The position numbers and the translations under genes are program-made. Under the pieces are notes generated by a model. The model was given only the letters and a program-made list of their open reading frames with translations. It had not been told where the DNA came from and did not search any database. This document shows, piece after piece, positions 25,766-36,401 of a stretch of 37,648 nucleotides of DNA. The DNA is from Squatina squatina (lineage: Eukaryota). The stretch spans positions 5,228,642-5,266,289 of the forward strand of contig JARFOE010000001.1 in NCBI GenBank assembly GCA_031763465.1. Reading direction: 5' to 3'. The first letter of the stretch is position 1; each line of letters opens with the position of its first letter.

Positions 25766-27209
25766 AGGTGACTGTTCTGAACAAGTAGTGCACACAAGTA
25801 GTGTGCACAAACAATTGTTGTACATGATTGCATTTTTTTTACCCCAATAGTTAAGAGAAGGCAAATTCAGCCTATAACATGACTAAATTCAGTGTATCTC
25901 TTTTCATTTAAGTTTAACAATAGCAGACATCAGTGAAGGAGAATAGCAAGCAGCAAGAATAGAACAAGTAAGAGAAAACAGCTTTGTATTTTGTATTTAA
26001 TTTTAAACGTCCAGGTAATAAGATTTTGTTTTGTTAAAATGTCCATTGGCAGAACAGACATGTTGCTGAACAGGTCAGGGTTGATGATGATCATAATGAT
26101 CACTAACTGATGCTATTCCTATATTAGTGCAACTATGTTCTTACTATATAGATCTGAACAGCAAAAGCTGCATTATCACCCTAAATGCAGTTCAATGTTT
26201 GGAAGATTTCACACCCAATTCTAATTGTTTCCTCAATGAGAACGTGACTTGACTATTGTTGTCATCCAATTGAGGTACTTCAAAAAGCTTGCAACACACA
26301 AGCAGTTATTAATAGCGGGGTTTGTATACAAAATCTTGTGAGCCTTGTGGAGGTAACTGTGGTGGGAACTGAGAATTTGGCATGCGGGGGGGAGGAGCAT
26401 TGGGAAAACAAGTGAAAGGAGAATTTGGAAAGCAAGTAGGATGCCTCACATTAGATTCTGACCAGATACTGGAGAAANNNNNNNNNNNNNNNNNNNNNNN
26501 NNNNNNNNNNNNNNNNNNNNNNNNNNNNNNNNNNNNNNNNNNNNNNNNNNNNNNNNNNNNNNNNNNNNNNNNNNNNNCATCACTGAAATCCAGAGCCTAT
26601 TAAAGACCATAATCATTTGGTTTATGACTAATTCTTACATTTCGTGGCTTCCTGCCACACTTAGAAACACAGTAATCAACCACACATGGCTTTTAAATGA
26701 GACATCTGTGTTATCTAAAAAACCCTTAATCTCATTTTAATGACATTATTATTGCACTTGAACACTGAGCATAAGAACATTAGGCATATGGAGGATCAGT
26801 TACATAGACAAAATCTCTCCAAAGATGTGCATTGTATGATGTTTCATATTTTGAAGTTTAAATCTATTACAGTACTATCACAACTGGAACTTTATCTAGT
26901 TTCTATCAACATGTACAGCTAAAAATTGCATTGGTCTCAGCAGGAACAGTCAAAGAGTTGAGGAGTAGATGAATACAAGTTTAGCTAGAAATTACATTTC
27001 ATAGTGAAACACATCAGGGCAATTTTATTTTACATAAAATCTAAGCAGTTGGACCATCAGCCCCCAATATGTCTAGCATAGAAAATTATGATATGAAATT
27101 AGTCACATTTGATTCCAATCCAAATAACAGGTAAACCTTTATCATATCAAGTCAATTGGAAGTTCAGACAGGACCACCTGCACACTGTGCAAACAGTATT
27201 AATAAAACC

Positions 27210-27535
27210 GTTAGCTCCCGGCTGATTCATTGAGTTTACTGAGTGAGTAGCTTAGGAAGGTCCCAGGTTTGATCTCTAGTCTGTGCTGAATTAGCAGTTC
27301 TCAGCCTGGACAGCAGTAGGGACACTATAATGGGCCTCAATATCCCTGGACTATAGAAGGAAAATCAATCAAGGTTCCCATTCCTGATGTCTATAAAACA
27401 ACCACTGGTGGAAGTATGTATTTCTGGATTTACGGTCAAATCAGAGATTGGCCTTGGCTCTGATGTTCCTGCGACTGAGTAACCTGTGGACATTCACTGC
27501 CAAGGCTCAAGTAACCAATGATTCTTCCCCTCAAG
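27210..27535 (+). mobile_element. SINE-like interspersed repeat, copy 2 of 3
   Basis: ggaaggtcccaggtttgatctctagtctgtgctgaattagc...gcagtagggacacta...ggaaaatcaatcaaggttcccattcctg aligns with 29435-29825. The ggtttgatc segment is B-box-like. Confidence 0.65.
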
Positions 27536-28550
27536 AGGCACAATGGACATNNNNNNNNNNNNNNNNNNNNNNNNNNNNNNNNNNNNNNNNNNNNNNNNNN
27601 NNNNNNNNNNNNNNNNNNNNNNNNNNNNNNNNNNNNNNNNNNNNNNNNNNCCGGATCAGCATATGTAACACTCTGTTTTTAACTGTCTCTGGGATTTGTG
27701 CTTATACAGCCAGAAAATGTTGATTCCTGTACAGCTTTTACTCATCAATATACTTGCGTCAAGCATGCACAGGCTTGGATACACCAAAGATTTTCCACTG
27801 AGCTGACATTGTAAAATAACCCACCCAAGAGTCGTGCAATCGTACATGAATTTAACAAAATAAACTTCAGTTTGGTGCACCATGATTTGGCATCATTTCA
27901 CTGGCAGAATTCAGTATTTTTCTTCTGGCTCAGTGTAGTTGTTTGTAAGTCTGGTTTGTTCTGGCAGTGGTAGAATTAGCCATACTGTTTGAAAAATGAG
28001 TTTGTTATTGGTTGATACAGTATTCCTTTCCAAACATTGCCATGCATCACATATATACCGACGGAACAATACTGGCATTAAAGTTATACAATTTACTAGT
28101 ATAATCCAAAGAGAATATGGTTATCAGACAAAACTTGTAAAACTTATTGGACCAAAATATCTGCTGCAAATTCTGCTTTGCATATAATGTAGCAAACTTG
28201 TAAAGTCAAACTTGTAAAAGGAAAGACACATTATTTGTAAAATGAAGTGCTCTCTCAAAAACCAATGTTCTCCTTCTTTAGATTTCCATCTATCATGGAC
28301 TACTGTCTGCTCGAGAGGAACGGTACTACCCTTCCAGTTCTCTGTTGCTAGGAGGGATAGGAGAGCAGAATGAGTTAGCTTGTCCTTTGATTTTCCTTCC
28401 CTCTCTGGAGGAAAACAAATAGCTTCCACTTCATCCCTTCCCCAGACAATTTGGCTGAAACGGACATCACTGTAAACAACTTTCTCTATCCTACCAAACA
28501 CTTTGAAAATAAAACACATGCAACGTAAATTAATTTAGCTGAACTTACTG

Positions 28551-28610
28551 GAGGGCAACTAGGGATGGGCAATAAAATGCAGCCTTGCCCACATCCCAAG
28601 AACAAATAAA
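28551..28610 (+). mobile_element. Short LINE 3'-tail fragment downstream of the NPY1R stop (antisense to the gene)
   Basis: agggcaactagggatgggcaataaaatgcagccttgcccacatcccaagaacaaataaa resembles a recalled, abundant shark LINE 3' terminus. Confidence 0.6.
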
Positions 28611-28901
28611 GACAAGTTAAAAGTTACATGTAATGAAGTTTCTGAACTCTAGCTATTTTTGTAAAGTCTTCTCCAGAGTAAGATCAGTTTTACCCACAAT
28701 AGAGTATAGACCAAGAAACAAGTTAGAAGGAATCTCCTATGTAATATCCATACTAAAATCTTACGGTCCTTAAAATTATATAATTTATAGATGAGTCTTT
28801 GATAGTGGATAATGAAATGATCTTTGCTGACATTTGGCAGCATTGGCCAAGTGGATCAATTGCTGTTTATTTTGCTAAAGCAAGATTCTGAAATCAATAT
28901 C

Positions 28902-29318
28902 TCAAGCAATCTGTGTAGCCTGTTTCAGAGAGCTCTTGGAAATCTCTGTCTGCATGGTTGGCATGGCAATAGCTTCATAGTCTTCCTCTCTGGGGCTACA
29001 TTTGCAGTAATGGAGAATTGAACGCAAATCCCTCTGAAAATTTTTATTGAGGAATCCATAAAAGATGGGGTTTGTACAGGTTGATAGCATTGCTGTCAGA
29101 TGACATAGAGAAAAAATCAGATTGTGATGGCAATGACTAATAGCCTCGTGGTCCCAATCAAAAACAGCATTGAAGATGTTGAGGGGTAGCCAGCAGACTG
29201 CAAATGCTACTATGATGGAGATTAGCATAATGTTGATTCTTCTGTTCTCATCTGTCCTGTATTTATTCTCTCTCATCTTGTCCATCATGTTGTTTCTCCT
29301 CCTTAGGCGGATATATAT
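28902..29318 (-). CDS. NPY1R: Neuropeptide Y receptor Y1, second coding exon (ICL3, TM6, TM7, C-tail, stop)
   Basis: Acceptor ttttgtcttcaaag, then IYIRLRRRNNMMDKMRENKYR...FAVCWLPLNIFNAVFDW...CHLTAMLSTCTNPIFYGFLNKNFQRDL...SLKQATQIA*. A coding intron right after TM5 is diagnostic of Y1 among NPY receptors. Confidence 0.96.
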   Translation of the reverse strand: MYIRLRRRNNMMDKMRENKYRTDENRRINIMLISIIVAFAVCWLPLNIFNAVFDWDHEAISHCHHNLIFSLCHLTAMLSTCTNPIFYGFLNKNFQRDLRSILHYCKCSPREEDYEAIAMPTMQTEISKSSLKQATQIA

Positions 29319-29434
29319 CTTTGAAGACAAAACAAGATTATTTTTTCAGTTTATATTTGGACCTTCAAGCTTGAGCTCATTTGCATTACAATTGTAGGCA
29401 ATATTCTTTTCTAGAAATCAGCAATCACATTTCA

Positions 29435-29825
29435 GCTCTCTGATCACTCAGCTGGTTAATGAGCTATAAGCTAAGCCATACAGACCAAGAAATACTCAGC
29501 TTCGATCTGTAGTCTCTGCTGAGTTGGCTGGTTTCTGCCAGGGTGGCAGTAGGAGTGCTACAATTGGCTTCAGTACCCTAGATTATGGAGGGAAACATCA
29601 GCCAGGTTTCCTGCTCCTGGTTGCTATCCAGCAACCTTTGCTGGATGGCCTTGCGCTAGGAGAAGACAGGATCAGGCTCAGCTACGATGGCCTGGCGTTT
29701 GGACAGCCTGAGTAGGATAACTGTCTACACTCACACATGAAGAATGGCCACGTGGGCAAGATGTTAAAGGGCACCTGGTGCCACTGGAGCCATACCCATC
29801 CAGGAATCAAGCCCTGCAGGAGAGA
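29435..29825 (+). mobile_element. SINE-like interspersed repeat, copy 3 of 3, inside the NPY1R coding intron (antisense)
   Basis: Shares ordered blocks with 27210-27535 and 14630-14970. This is the most complete copy. Confidence 0.65.
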
Positions 29826-30053
29826 TGCAGAGAAGAGGAGATAACTAGTTGTAATAAAAGACAAAAACTTAAAATATTCACAATTGCTACTCTTTCAGGC
29901 AATGAAAATACACAATGGGATGTTCACCTTCACATGCTTAATATGTTTCTCTANNNNNNNNNNNNNNNNNNNNNNNNNNNNNNNNNNNNNNNNNNNNNNN
30001 NNNNNNNNNNNNNNNNNNNNNNNNNNNNNNNNNNNNNNNNNNNNNNNNNNNNN

Positions 30054-30747
30054 AGTAGCAGATGAATATAAAGCAGAGGGGGGCGTAGTACTGCATTACC
30101 AGGAGACATGTGGTATAGGTCAGCCTTTGGTTTTCCGATGGCCAATGCTCAAAACAGAAGTACTTTCCAGAAAATTCCTTTGAGTATTTAGGGTCATATT
30201 TGAATGGCTCATCGATCAGATTGTGGAAAAGCAGTAAAGGCAGAGATGTAAGCAGTGCCAGTGCCCACATGATGGCAATGCTTAGGTAGGCATGCTTGTT
30301 ATTGGGTCTCCAGCCTTGGGGGTTGATTATCAACTGGTGGCGCTCAACAGCAATCAGCACCAAGGAGAAGATGGAGACTGTGATGGAGATACACTGGATC
30401 ATGGAGTTTAGTTTACACATGGCCTCACCAAAGATCCAATGGTCCATGAAAGTGTAGACAAAGCTGAAGGGCAGGCACATAATACTGATGAGTAGGTCAG
30501 AGACTGACAGGTTGACAATCAGAATGTTGGTAACATTGTGCATTTCTTTCTGTTTCATGATGATAGTGATCAGTAGCAGATTGCCCGATACTCCGAGGAT
30601 GATGATGGCACTGTAAACCAGTGCTAGTGTAAAAATCATGGCAGTCGGAGAATAACACTGGTCAGTATTGTCCAAGGTAATATTTCTCTCAGAAGAGTTA
30701 AAAGGAATGGAAAGATTTCCAGCATAAACAAAAGTTATCCCATCCAT
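30054..30747 (-). CDS. NPY1R: Neuropeptide Y receptor Y1, first coding exon (N-terminus to TM5); last few bases and donor fall in the N gap
   Basis: ATG at 30747. Contains GVSGNLLLITIIMKQKEMHNVTNILIVNLSVSDLL, CLPFSFVYTFMDHWIFGEAMCKL, LVLIAVERHQLIINPQGWRPNNKHAY and YTTCLLVMQYYAPLCFIFICY. Confidence 0.96.
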
Positions 30748-30949
30748 TCTGTCTCCAGACAGTTTTTTCACAGTGCAAGTTATTACAGCATCAACAAATA
30801 TTTGTCTTCTCCCCTTTGCAGGATAATTGTTTTGACTAAATAGTCTTCTGGAAAAAGAATGTTGTTTTCATGTTTCACCTTAAATCTGGTCAGAATATAG
30901 ATCCACTATTGATCATTGTTCCATGTTTTTCTTTTATATAAGAATCTTC
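30748..30949 (-). promoter_or_regulatory. Putative NPY1R 5' UTR part of the first coding exon, with two candidate acceptors and four short uORFs
   Basis: Acceptor-like atttcttttcaattatag (exon from 30949) and attctttttccag (exon from 30847). Upstream ATGs at 30924, 30916, 30871 and 30791. Confidence 0.5.
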
Positions 30950-31374
30950 CTATAATTGAAAAGAAATGTTACCACGATTACAATGAATTCAAAATTCACA
31001 AATATATGTTGTGCACAAAAAAATTATTGCAATCCTACAACATGGGAGCACACTGAGAAAATCCAGTCATTGGGTCATTTGATTGCTTATTAGAATCTAA
31101 TGTAACCAATCTAATGTAGATTTTAGTTGGGACTAAAATCTACACAGCACATTTTTGGATCTGACCAATTGGTCTGATATTCCAACCAGGTCCAATCACT
31201 GATTTTCATACACCGAGTACCAGGGTTTAGATGTTAATTGGGAGCAAAGATTTTGTCAACTGGGATTCTGGGAAAACATAGTCAAAAGATACTTGTGAAT
31301 ATATCTCCTGAAAGATGACATTTCTAACTATTGCTTCTATCTGTGGGCTTAGTTTATACAGAGGATATACACAA

Positions 31375-31503
31375 TGATCTCTCTTTGACATGGTCGATCA
31401 CACCATCCTCCTCCAAAGCCTCATCTCCGTTATTCAACTTCAAGGGTCAGCCATTGCTTGGTTCCACTCTTGCCCTAGCTAATCATAGCCAGAGCATCTC
31501 CAC
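31375..31503 (+). mobile_element. L2 LINE RT fragment
   Basis: Translates to FDMVDHTILLQSLISVIQLQGSAIAWFHS, matching AFDTVDHxILLxRL...GxALxWFxSYL. Confidence 0.8.
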
Positions 31504-31857
31504 NNNNNNNNNNNNNNNNNNNNNNNNNNNNNNNNNNNNNNNNNNNNNNNNNNNNNNNNNNNNNNNNNNNNNNNNNNNNNNNNNNNNNNNNNNNNNNNNN
31601 NNNCATGAATGTGGATTATGATTACATAATTTATATGGGAATGTTACAGCACATGCATTGGGGTATTAGTTAATACTTTTGGTGTTGTTGGCCATTGACA
31701 GCATGTTACAGGAGTAATGACAATCTAAAGCTTGCACACTTTCCATTTTCTCCGGTGGCACATTATTATCCTTTGTATCTCACATTTTAACTGATGCTTC
31801 CGAATTGGGCATCACATGCATTTTTATAAACTCTATTTTTTTCTGCAGTAGCTCAAA

Positions 31858-32519
31858 ATGGATCTTGAAGATAAAAATAAAAGTAATATCACTGTTATGT
31901 TGGATAATGGTAATAGTACCAGCTTATATGGACTCAGTCTCCCTTCTTGGGATGACTATAATGGAAGTATACATGATATAAGATATTTATTGGTTGGAAT
32001 TTATACATTTATTACTGTTCTGGGGCTTCTTGGTAACTTTTTTGTTGTAATTGCATTGTGTAAAAACTTAAAACAGAAATCAATGATTAACTTTCTGATT
32101 GGCAATTTAGCCTTATCTGACATTTTAATTCTGTTGTTTTGTTCACCATTTACACTGACTTATGTTCTTCTAGACCAATGGATCTTTGGGGAGATCATGT
32201 GCTATATAGTACCATTTGTTCAGTGTGTGTCTGTCATGGTTTCTATACTAATGCTGATGTCAATTGCTGTAGTTAGGTACCATATGATAAACAATCCATT
32301 ATCCAATCATGTTACCATAAATACGGGATATTTTTTAATGGGCACTGTGTGGATTATTGGATTTACTATTTGCTCACCGTTACCCATCTTTCATAAAATC
32401 ATTGACCTAAGTGAAACTTTTCACTTAGATTCCTTAAAAAATAAATATTTATGCATCGAGTCATGGCCATCTGATTCTTACAGAATCGCCTACACATTGT
32501 CCTTATTATTCATCCAGTA
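31858..32519 (+). CDS. NPY5R: Neuropeptide Y receptor Y5, 5' part (N-terminus to TM5); remainder missing in the gap
   Basis: MDLE start, WDDYNGSIHDIRYLLVGIYTF, NFLIGNLALSDIL, LFCSPFTLTYVLLDQWIFG, Y5-type VRYHMI in place of DRY, and YLCIESWPSDSYRIAYTLSLLFIQ. Acceptor ttttttctgcag lies 9 nt before the ATG. Confidence 0.96.
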
Positions 32520-32667
32520 NNNNNNNNNNNNNNNNNNNNNNNNNNNNNNNNNNNNNNNNNNNNNNNNNNNNNNNNNNNNNNNNNNNNNNNNNNNNNNNNN
32601 NNNNNNNNNNNNNNNNNNNAGATATGAACAAAGGGCCAACAAAGAAATAAAGAGGCTGCCAATAAAG

Positions 32668-33515
32668 AGATTGAATATTGGGAAGACCAAAGCCATTGTT
32701 TTCAGCCCACGCCACAAGGTCCGTTCCCTACCCACTGACTCTATCCCTCTCCCCAACTTCTGCCTGAGGCTGAACCAGACTGTTCACAACCTTGGTGTCA
32801 TATTTGACCCTAAAGTAAGCTTTCGACCACATCTCCGCAGCATAACTAAGACCAACTATTTCCACTTCCGTAACATCCTTCTCCGCCCTTGCCTCCGTTC
32901 ATCCTCTGCTGAAGCCCTCAACCGTGCCTTTGTTACCTCTAGACTTGACTATTCCAACGTACTCCTGGCTGGCCTCCCACATTCTACTAAAGGTAAACTA
33001 GAGGTGATCCAAAACTCACTAGCCTGTGTCCTAAGTCGCACTCAGTCCTGTTCAACCATCACCCCTGTGCTCGCTGACCTACATTGGCTCCCGGTTAAGT
33101 AATGCCTCAGTTTCAAAATTCTCATCCTTGTTTTCAAGTCCCTCCATCCCTCCCTGTCTCTAATCTCCTCCAGCCCCACAACCACCCCACCCGCTGCTGC
33201 CCACACAGAGGTCTGTGCTCCTCTAATTCTGCTCCCTTGAGCATCCCTGAATATAATCGCTCAAACATTGGTGGCCGCGCCTTCCGTTGCCTAGGCCCTA
33301 AGCTCTGGAATTCCCTGCCTAAACCTCTCCACCTGTTTACCTCTCTTTCCTCCTTCAAGACGCTCCTTAAAACATACCTCTTTAACCAAGCTTTTGGTCA
33401 GCTGTCCGAATATCTCATGTGGCTCTTTGTCAAATTTTGTTTAATAATCTTTCTGTGAATCAGCGTGGGTCATTTTATTATATTAGAGGTGCTATATAAA
33501 TGCAAGTGGTTGTTC
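32668..33515 (+). mobile_element. 5'-truncated L2 LINE: ORF2 C-terminus and 3' tail
   Basis: LNIGKTKAIVF, VHNLGVIFD, AFVTSRLDYSNVLLAGLP, ITPVLADLHWLPV, GGRAFRCLGPKLWNSLP, SFKTLLKTYLF, then the tail ggtgctatataaatgcaagtggttgtt. Confidence 0.95.
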
Positions 33516-33727
33516 TTTATTGCTAGTGGGGCAAAGAAATAAATGGTCCAGACGACCCTACTTTTGTAGTTAAAGAAGGATATGCAGAGCATGTAACATA
33601 CAAGAAAATGAATGAGTAAACAAAGTCTTGATCACTAACTTTATGTCAAGGATTGTTGCCTCAGGATGCCGGTAGTGCCAGCTGCAGTGCGATTTCCACC
33701 CCCCACCCTGCCCGGCGGCCAGGGAGA

Positions 33728-33911
33728 TATGGGCTAGAAATTTGTCTCGGTTGGTGGTGCAACATGGGGATTATTGGATCGGCCGCCCGTTATACGCAGT
33801 GCCTGATATTCAGTTCCATTGTGGATTTGAATATCAAACGCTGCATATAATGGCCAGCTGATCCAATATCACCCGTTTTGCGCCACCGCTGGGACAAATT
33901 TCCAGGCCATA
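33728..33911. mobile_element. Palindromic MITE (~180-bp imperfect hairpin)
   Basis: Nested inverted arms gaaatttgtc/gacaaatttc, ggtggtgcaa/ttgcgccacc, attggatc/gatccaat, ttata/tataa and tgatattca/tgaatatca. Confidence 0.85.
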
Positions 33912-35269
33912 ATGACCGGGGCCTACATTGGTGAGTTGGAGCAAGGCTGCTGAACTCACATCCCGAGTTAAAATCAAGCTAAAGAAACCATTAGTTTTGA
34001 TTTTAGAAGCCTTTTACAGTTAATAACATTGGATAAATTATAGTCACCTTCAGACTAAATAAAAATGGATTAAGTCCAGTTCGACAGGATAATATTAAGA
34101 TGGATAGAGATAGCATTAGATTGGATAGTGACTGATGGAGATACAAAGAGAGGAATTACTGTGATCGCTATAAGAGGCCATGAACAACATGACAATTTTA
34201 ATCCATGCTATCAATCACTCATTCTCAGGAGAGCAGTATCTAATGGAGTGCACCTTATACTGTTAAATAATATATTGTCTCTCTGTGTGCAAATGTGGTT
34301 TGACAACACATCTGTCAGTGTTTCACTTTAATAAGACAGTTGATTTTAGACAGCAAATCACTAATTCCTTCAACTTATTTAATGCAATCAAAATAGAAAG
34401 AAGTACAAGTTGATTAGCTTCAAAGTTAATCATTGAAGCAGGAATTATCACCAGTTAAACTGGAAAGTATAATTGGCAGGCCATTCCCTCACTATTAAAT
34501 TCATCTTCTTCCATTTTATATTTTCTTTCTTACCAATTTGACCTCCCCACATCATGGGAAGCCCTGTTCCATCAATCCAGTTCTAAAACTGGCCACTGGA
34601 AAGTGTGTTACAGTGGCCTGGGATTTTTTTTTATCCTGTGCAGAAATGACTGATTTCATCTTGGAGTGCCCCTACAGTGATGCAACTCAAACTAAGAGTT
34701 TAGCAGTTTAAAGGACTGAGAGCTTAGCAGTTTGAAAGGATTAGGGATGAGTCAAAATTCATATCTCACCACTCCATGGCACTGCATGTTGGTGTTACAA
34801 TATAGAAAATTAGCTTTGTTGCTTCTCTCCTATTTTCTTTTGCTAGTATTAGTTTCTTTTAGGCCTTTATTGAGGGTTTTGTTAATGTTCATAAAATATT
34901 GGCCGCAATAATTCATGAGCTCACTTATGCCTGTGTTGTGCCCTCGAGGTGAGAATTCAGCCTAATGGTCCTCTCTGGCACTGACCGTAGCATAAATTGT
35001 GGGATCAGCTCGTTTAGATATTCAGTGACATTTTAGTAACCCAAATCCTATGTGTAACACTCTGGGGGTTGGGAGCTTAGAAATTAGGAGTCCAACCTTT
35101 TAAAATCCAAGAATGGCTGACGATTGCAGTTGCATGCTGGAGGAGCAGCAGTTAAGTAAGAAAATCTTCAACACAGCCATCAATGGATGGTTCATGTGAG
35201 ATTTTGGGGTACTTTAAAAGCATGTCATCAAGTGGAGGAATTGGCAAAAGCACCAAAAGGAAGCAGGGC

Positions 35270-35500
35270 ATTGGAAGGAGGCAGAAAACAAGAACATACA
35301 ATTTAAACTTCAGGCGTTCACGGTTGAAATGCAACAAGGGAGAGAAAAACTGCAAAGTGCCCATGGGAAGAAACTTCAGAAGATGTCTCCTATGCTATGT
35401 GGAGGCAGGTGGCAGTGGCACTGTCAACTCTCCCACACCCGGGACTGTAAACCAATGCTATAAAATGGTCAATGACATGATCAGATCAGACAAGGAAACA
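35270..35500 (+). mobile_element. Second, more decayed Harbinger-type Myb/SANT exon remnant
   Basis: Across frameshifts it reads MWRQVAVA / VNSPTPGTVNQCYKMVNDMIRSDK, parallel to WAEIAREV...RSPSQCHKKLNDLIRAVK at 25044-25157. Confidence 0.6.
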
Positions 35501-35762
35501 CACTGGCTACTGTCCCTTTTCTTCCTTGGGCACCAATATGCTCTTGATCCTCCAAAATTAACCTCTCCCTTCACAATGCACTGCAACTGCAAGTGTCATT
35601 AACTCAGGATCATACAATATGTGTTGCCATCTCCCGTAACAGCAATTACTTGCATGCAGAATNNNNNNNNNNNNNNNNNNNNNNNNNNNNNNNNNNNNNN
35701 NNNNNNNNNNNNNNNNNNNNNNNNNNNNNNNNNNNNNNNNNNNNNNNNNNNNNNNNNNNNNN

Positions 35763-35888
35763 AGTTGGAACAAATTGAATTGACGAATAGCATCAAAGGC
35801 AGACAAGGAAGACAGCACGAGGCTCGGGAAGCCATTCTCAAACAGAGCATTGCACGTGAGAGGCTTTTGTACGAAGAAAATGGAATGG
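35763..35888 (+). CDS. TMA16: Translation machinery-associated protein 16, internal exon (5' end in the gap)
   Basis: LEQIELTNSIKGRQGRQHEAREAILKQSIARERLLYEENGM matches recalled TMA16 [42 protein letters not shown]. Donor G|gtatga. Expected syntenic position and strand after NPY5R. Confidence 0.88.
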
Positions 35889-36154
35889 GTATGAGGGCTT
35901 AATTCATTACATTACTAGCCTCCTCTTATGAATATTCTAGCGTATTATTATTTGATAAGTGCGGTTAAGGTGAGCTCCAAAGTTATTTTATAATCTGAAC
36001 ACATCTCAATGAATCAATTTCAAATGTATTGATAAATTTTTAATGTCGATTTGTTGGAGTATGGGAATCTAATAGAGCTTGGAAAGGAGAGAGTGATTTT
36101 CATTTTGTTTATCTCAAATTAAAATAAATTATAATGTACTCAAGTTTAACAAAA

Positions 36155-36305
36155 TAAGAACTGGGTAAGCCATTCAGCCACTCGAGCCTGTTCTGCCATT
36201 CTGTTAAATCATGGCTGATCTGCATGTCAACTTAATTTACCTGTCTTATCTCCATATTCCTTGATACCCTTACCTAACAAAAAATTATCAATCTCAATCT
36301 TGCAA
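36155..36305 (-). mobile_element. CR1 LINE 3' terminal fragment
   Basis: ccattcagccactcgagcctgttctgccattc...atcatggctgatc...ccatattccttgatac is homologous to 22662-22790. Confidence 0.75.
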
Positions 36306-36309
36306 ATGT

Positions 36310-36401
36310 CAGGGGACTGGCTTGTCCTGATGTGCATGCAACACGTCTTCAGTACTGCAGCCAATACGCTATTAGGACCTATAGCCTTTGCTGTATCCAA
36401 T
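36310..36401 (-). mobile_element. Short non-LTR retrotransposon ORF2 fragment
   Basis: LDTAKAIGPNSVLAAVLKTC, a KAxGPDxIP motif that precedes the RT domain. Confidence 0.65.

Noticed and set aside
28124-28519. 131-aa minus-strand ORF at the position where NAF1 might be expected
   Set aside because: Only a superficial FKVFG resemblance. No convincing NAF1/Gar1 motifs or exon structure, and it lies just downstream of the NPY1R stop.
30950-31857. Apparent ~1.1-kb bidirectional promoter between NPY1R and NPY5R
   Set aside because: A gap lies between them and both coding exons are preceded by splice acceptors, so this DNA is intronic. The true promoters are not visible.
31858-33102. 414-aa ORF that looks like an NPY5R-retrotransposon fusion protein
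   Set aside because: The frame runs through a 100-N gap of unknown size. The two halves are separate contigs (NPY5R and an L2 fragment).
34695-34742. Two-copy ~24-bp tandem duplication (agagYttagcagttt...aaagga)
   Set aside because: Ordinary slippage duplication with no sign of function.
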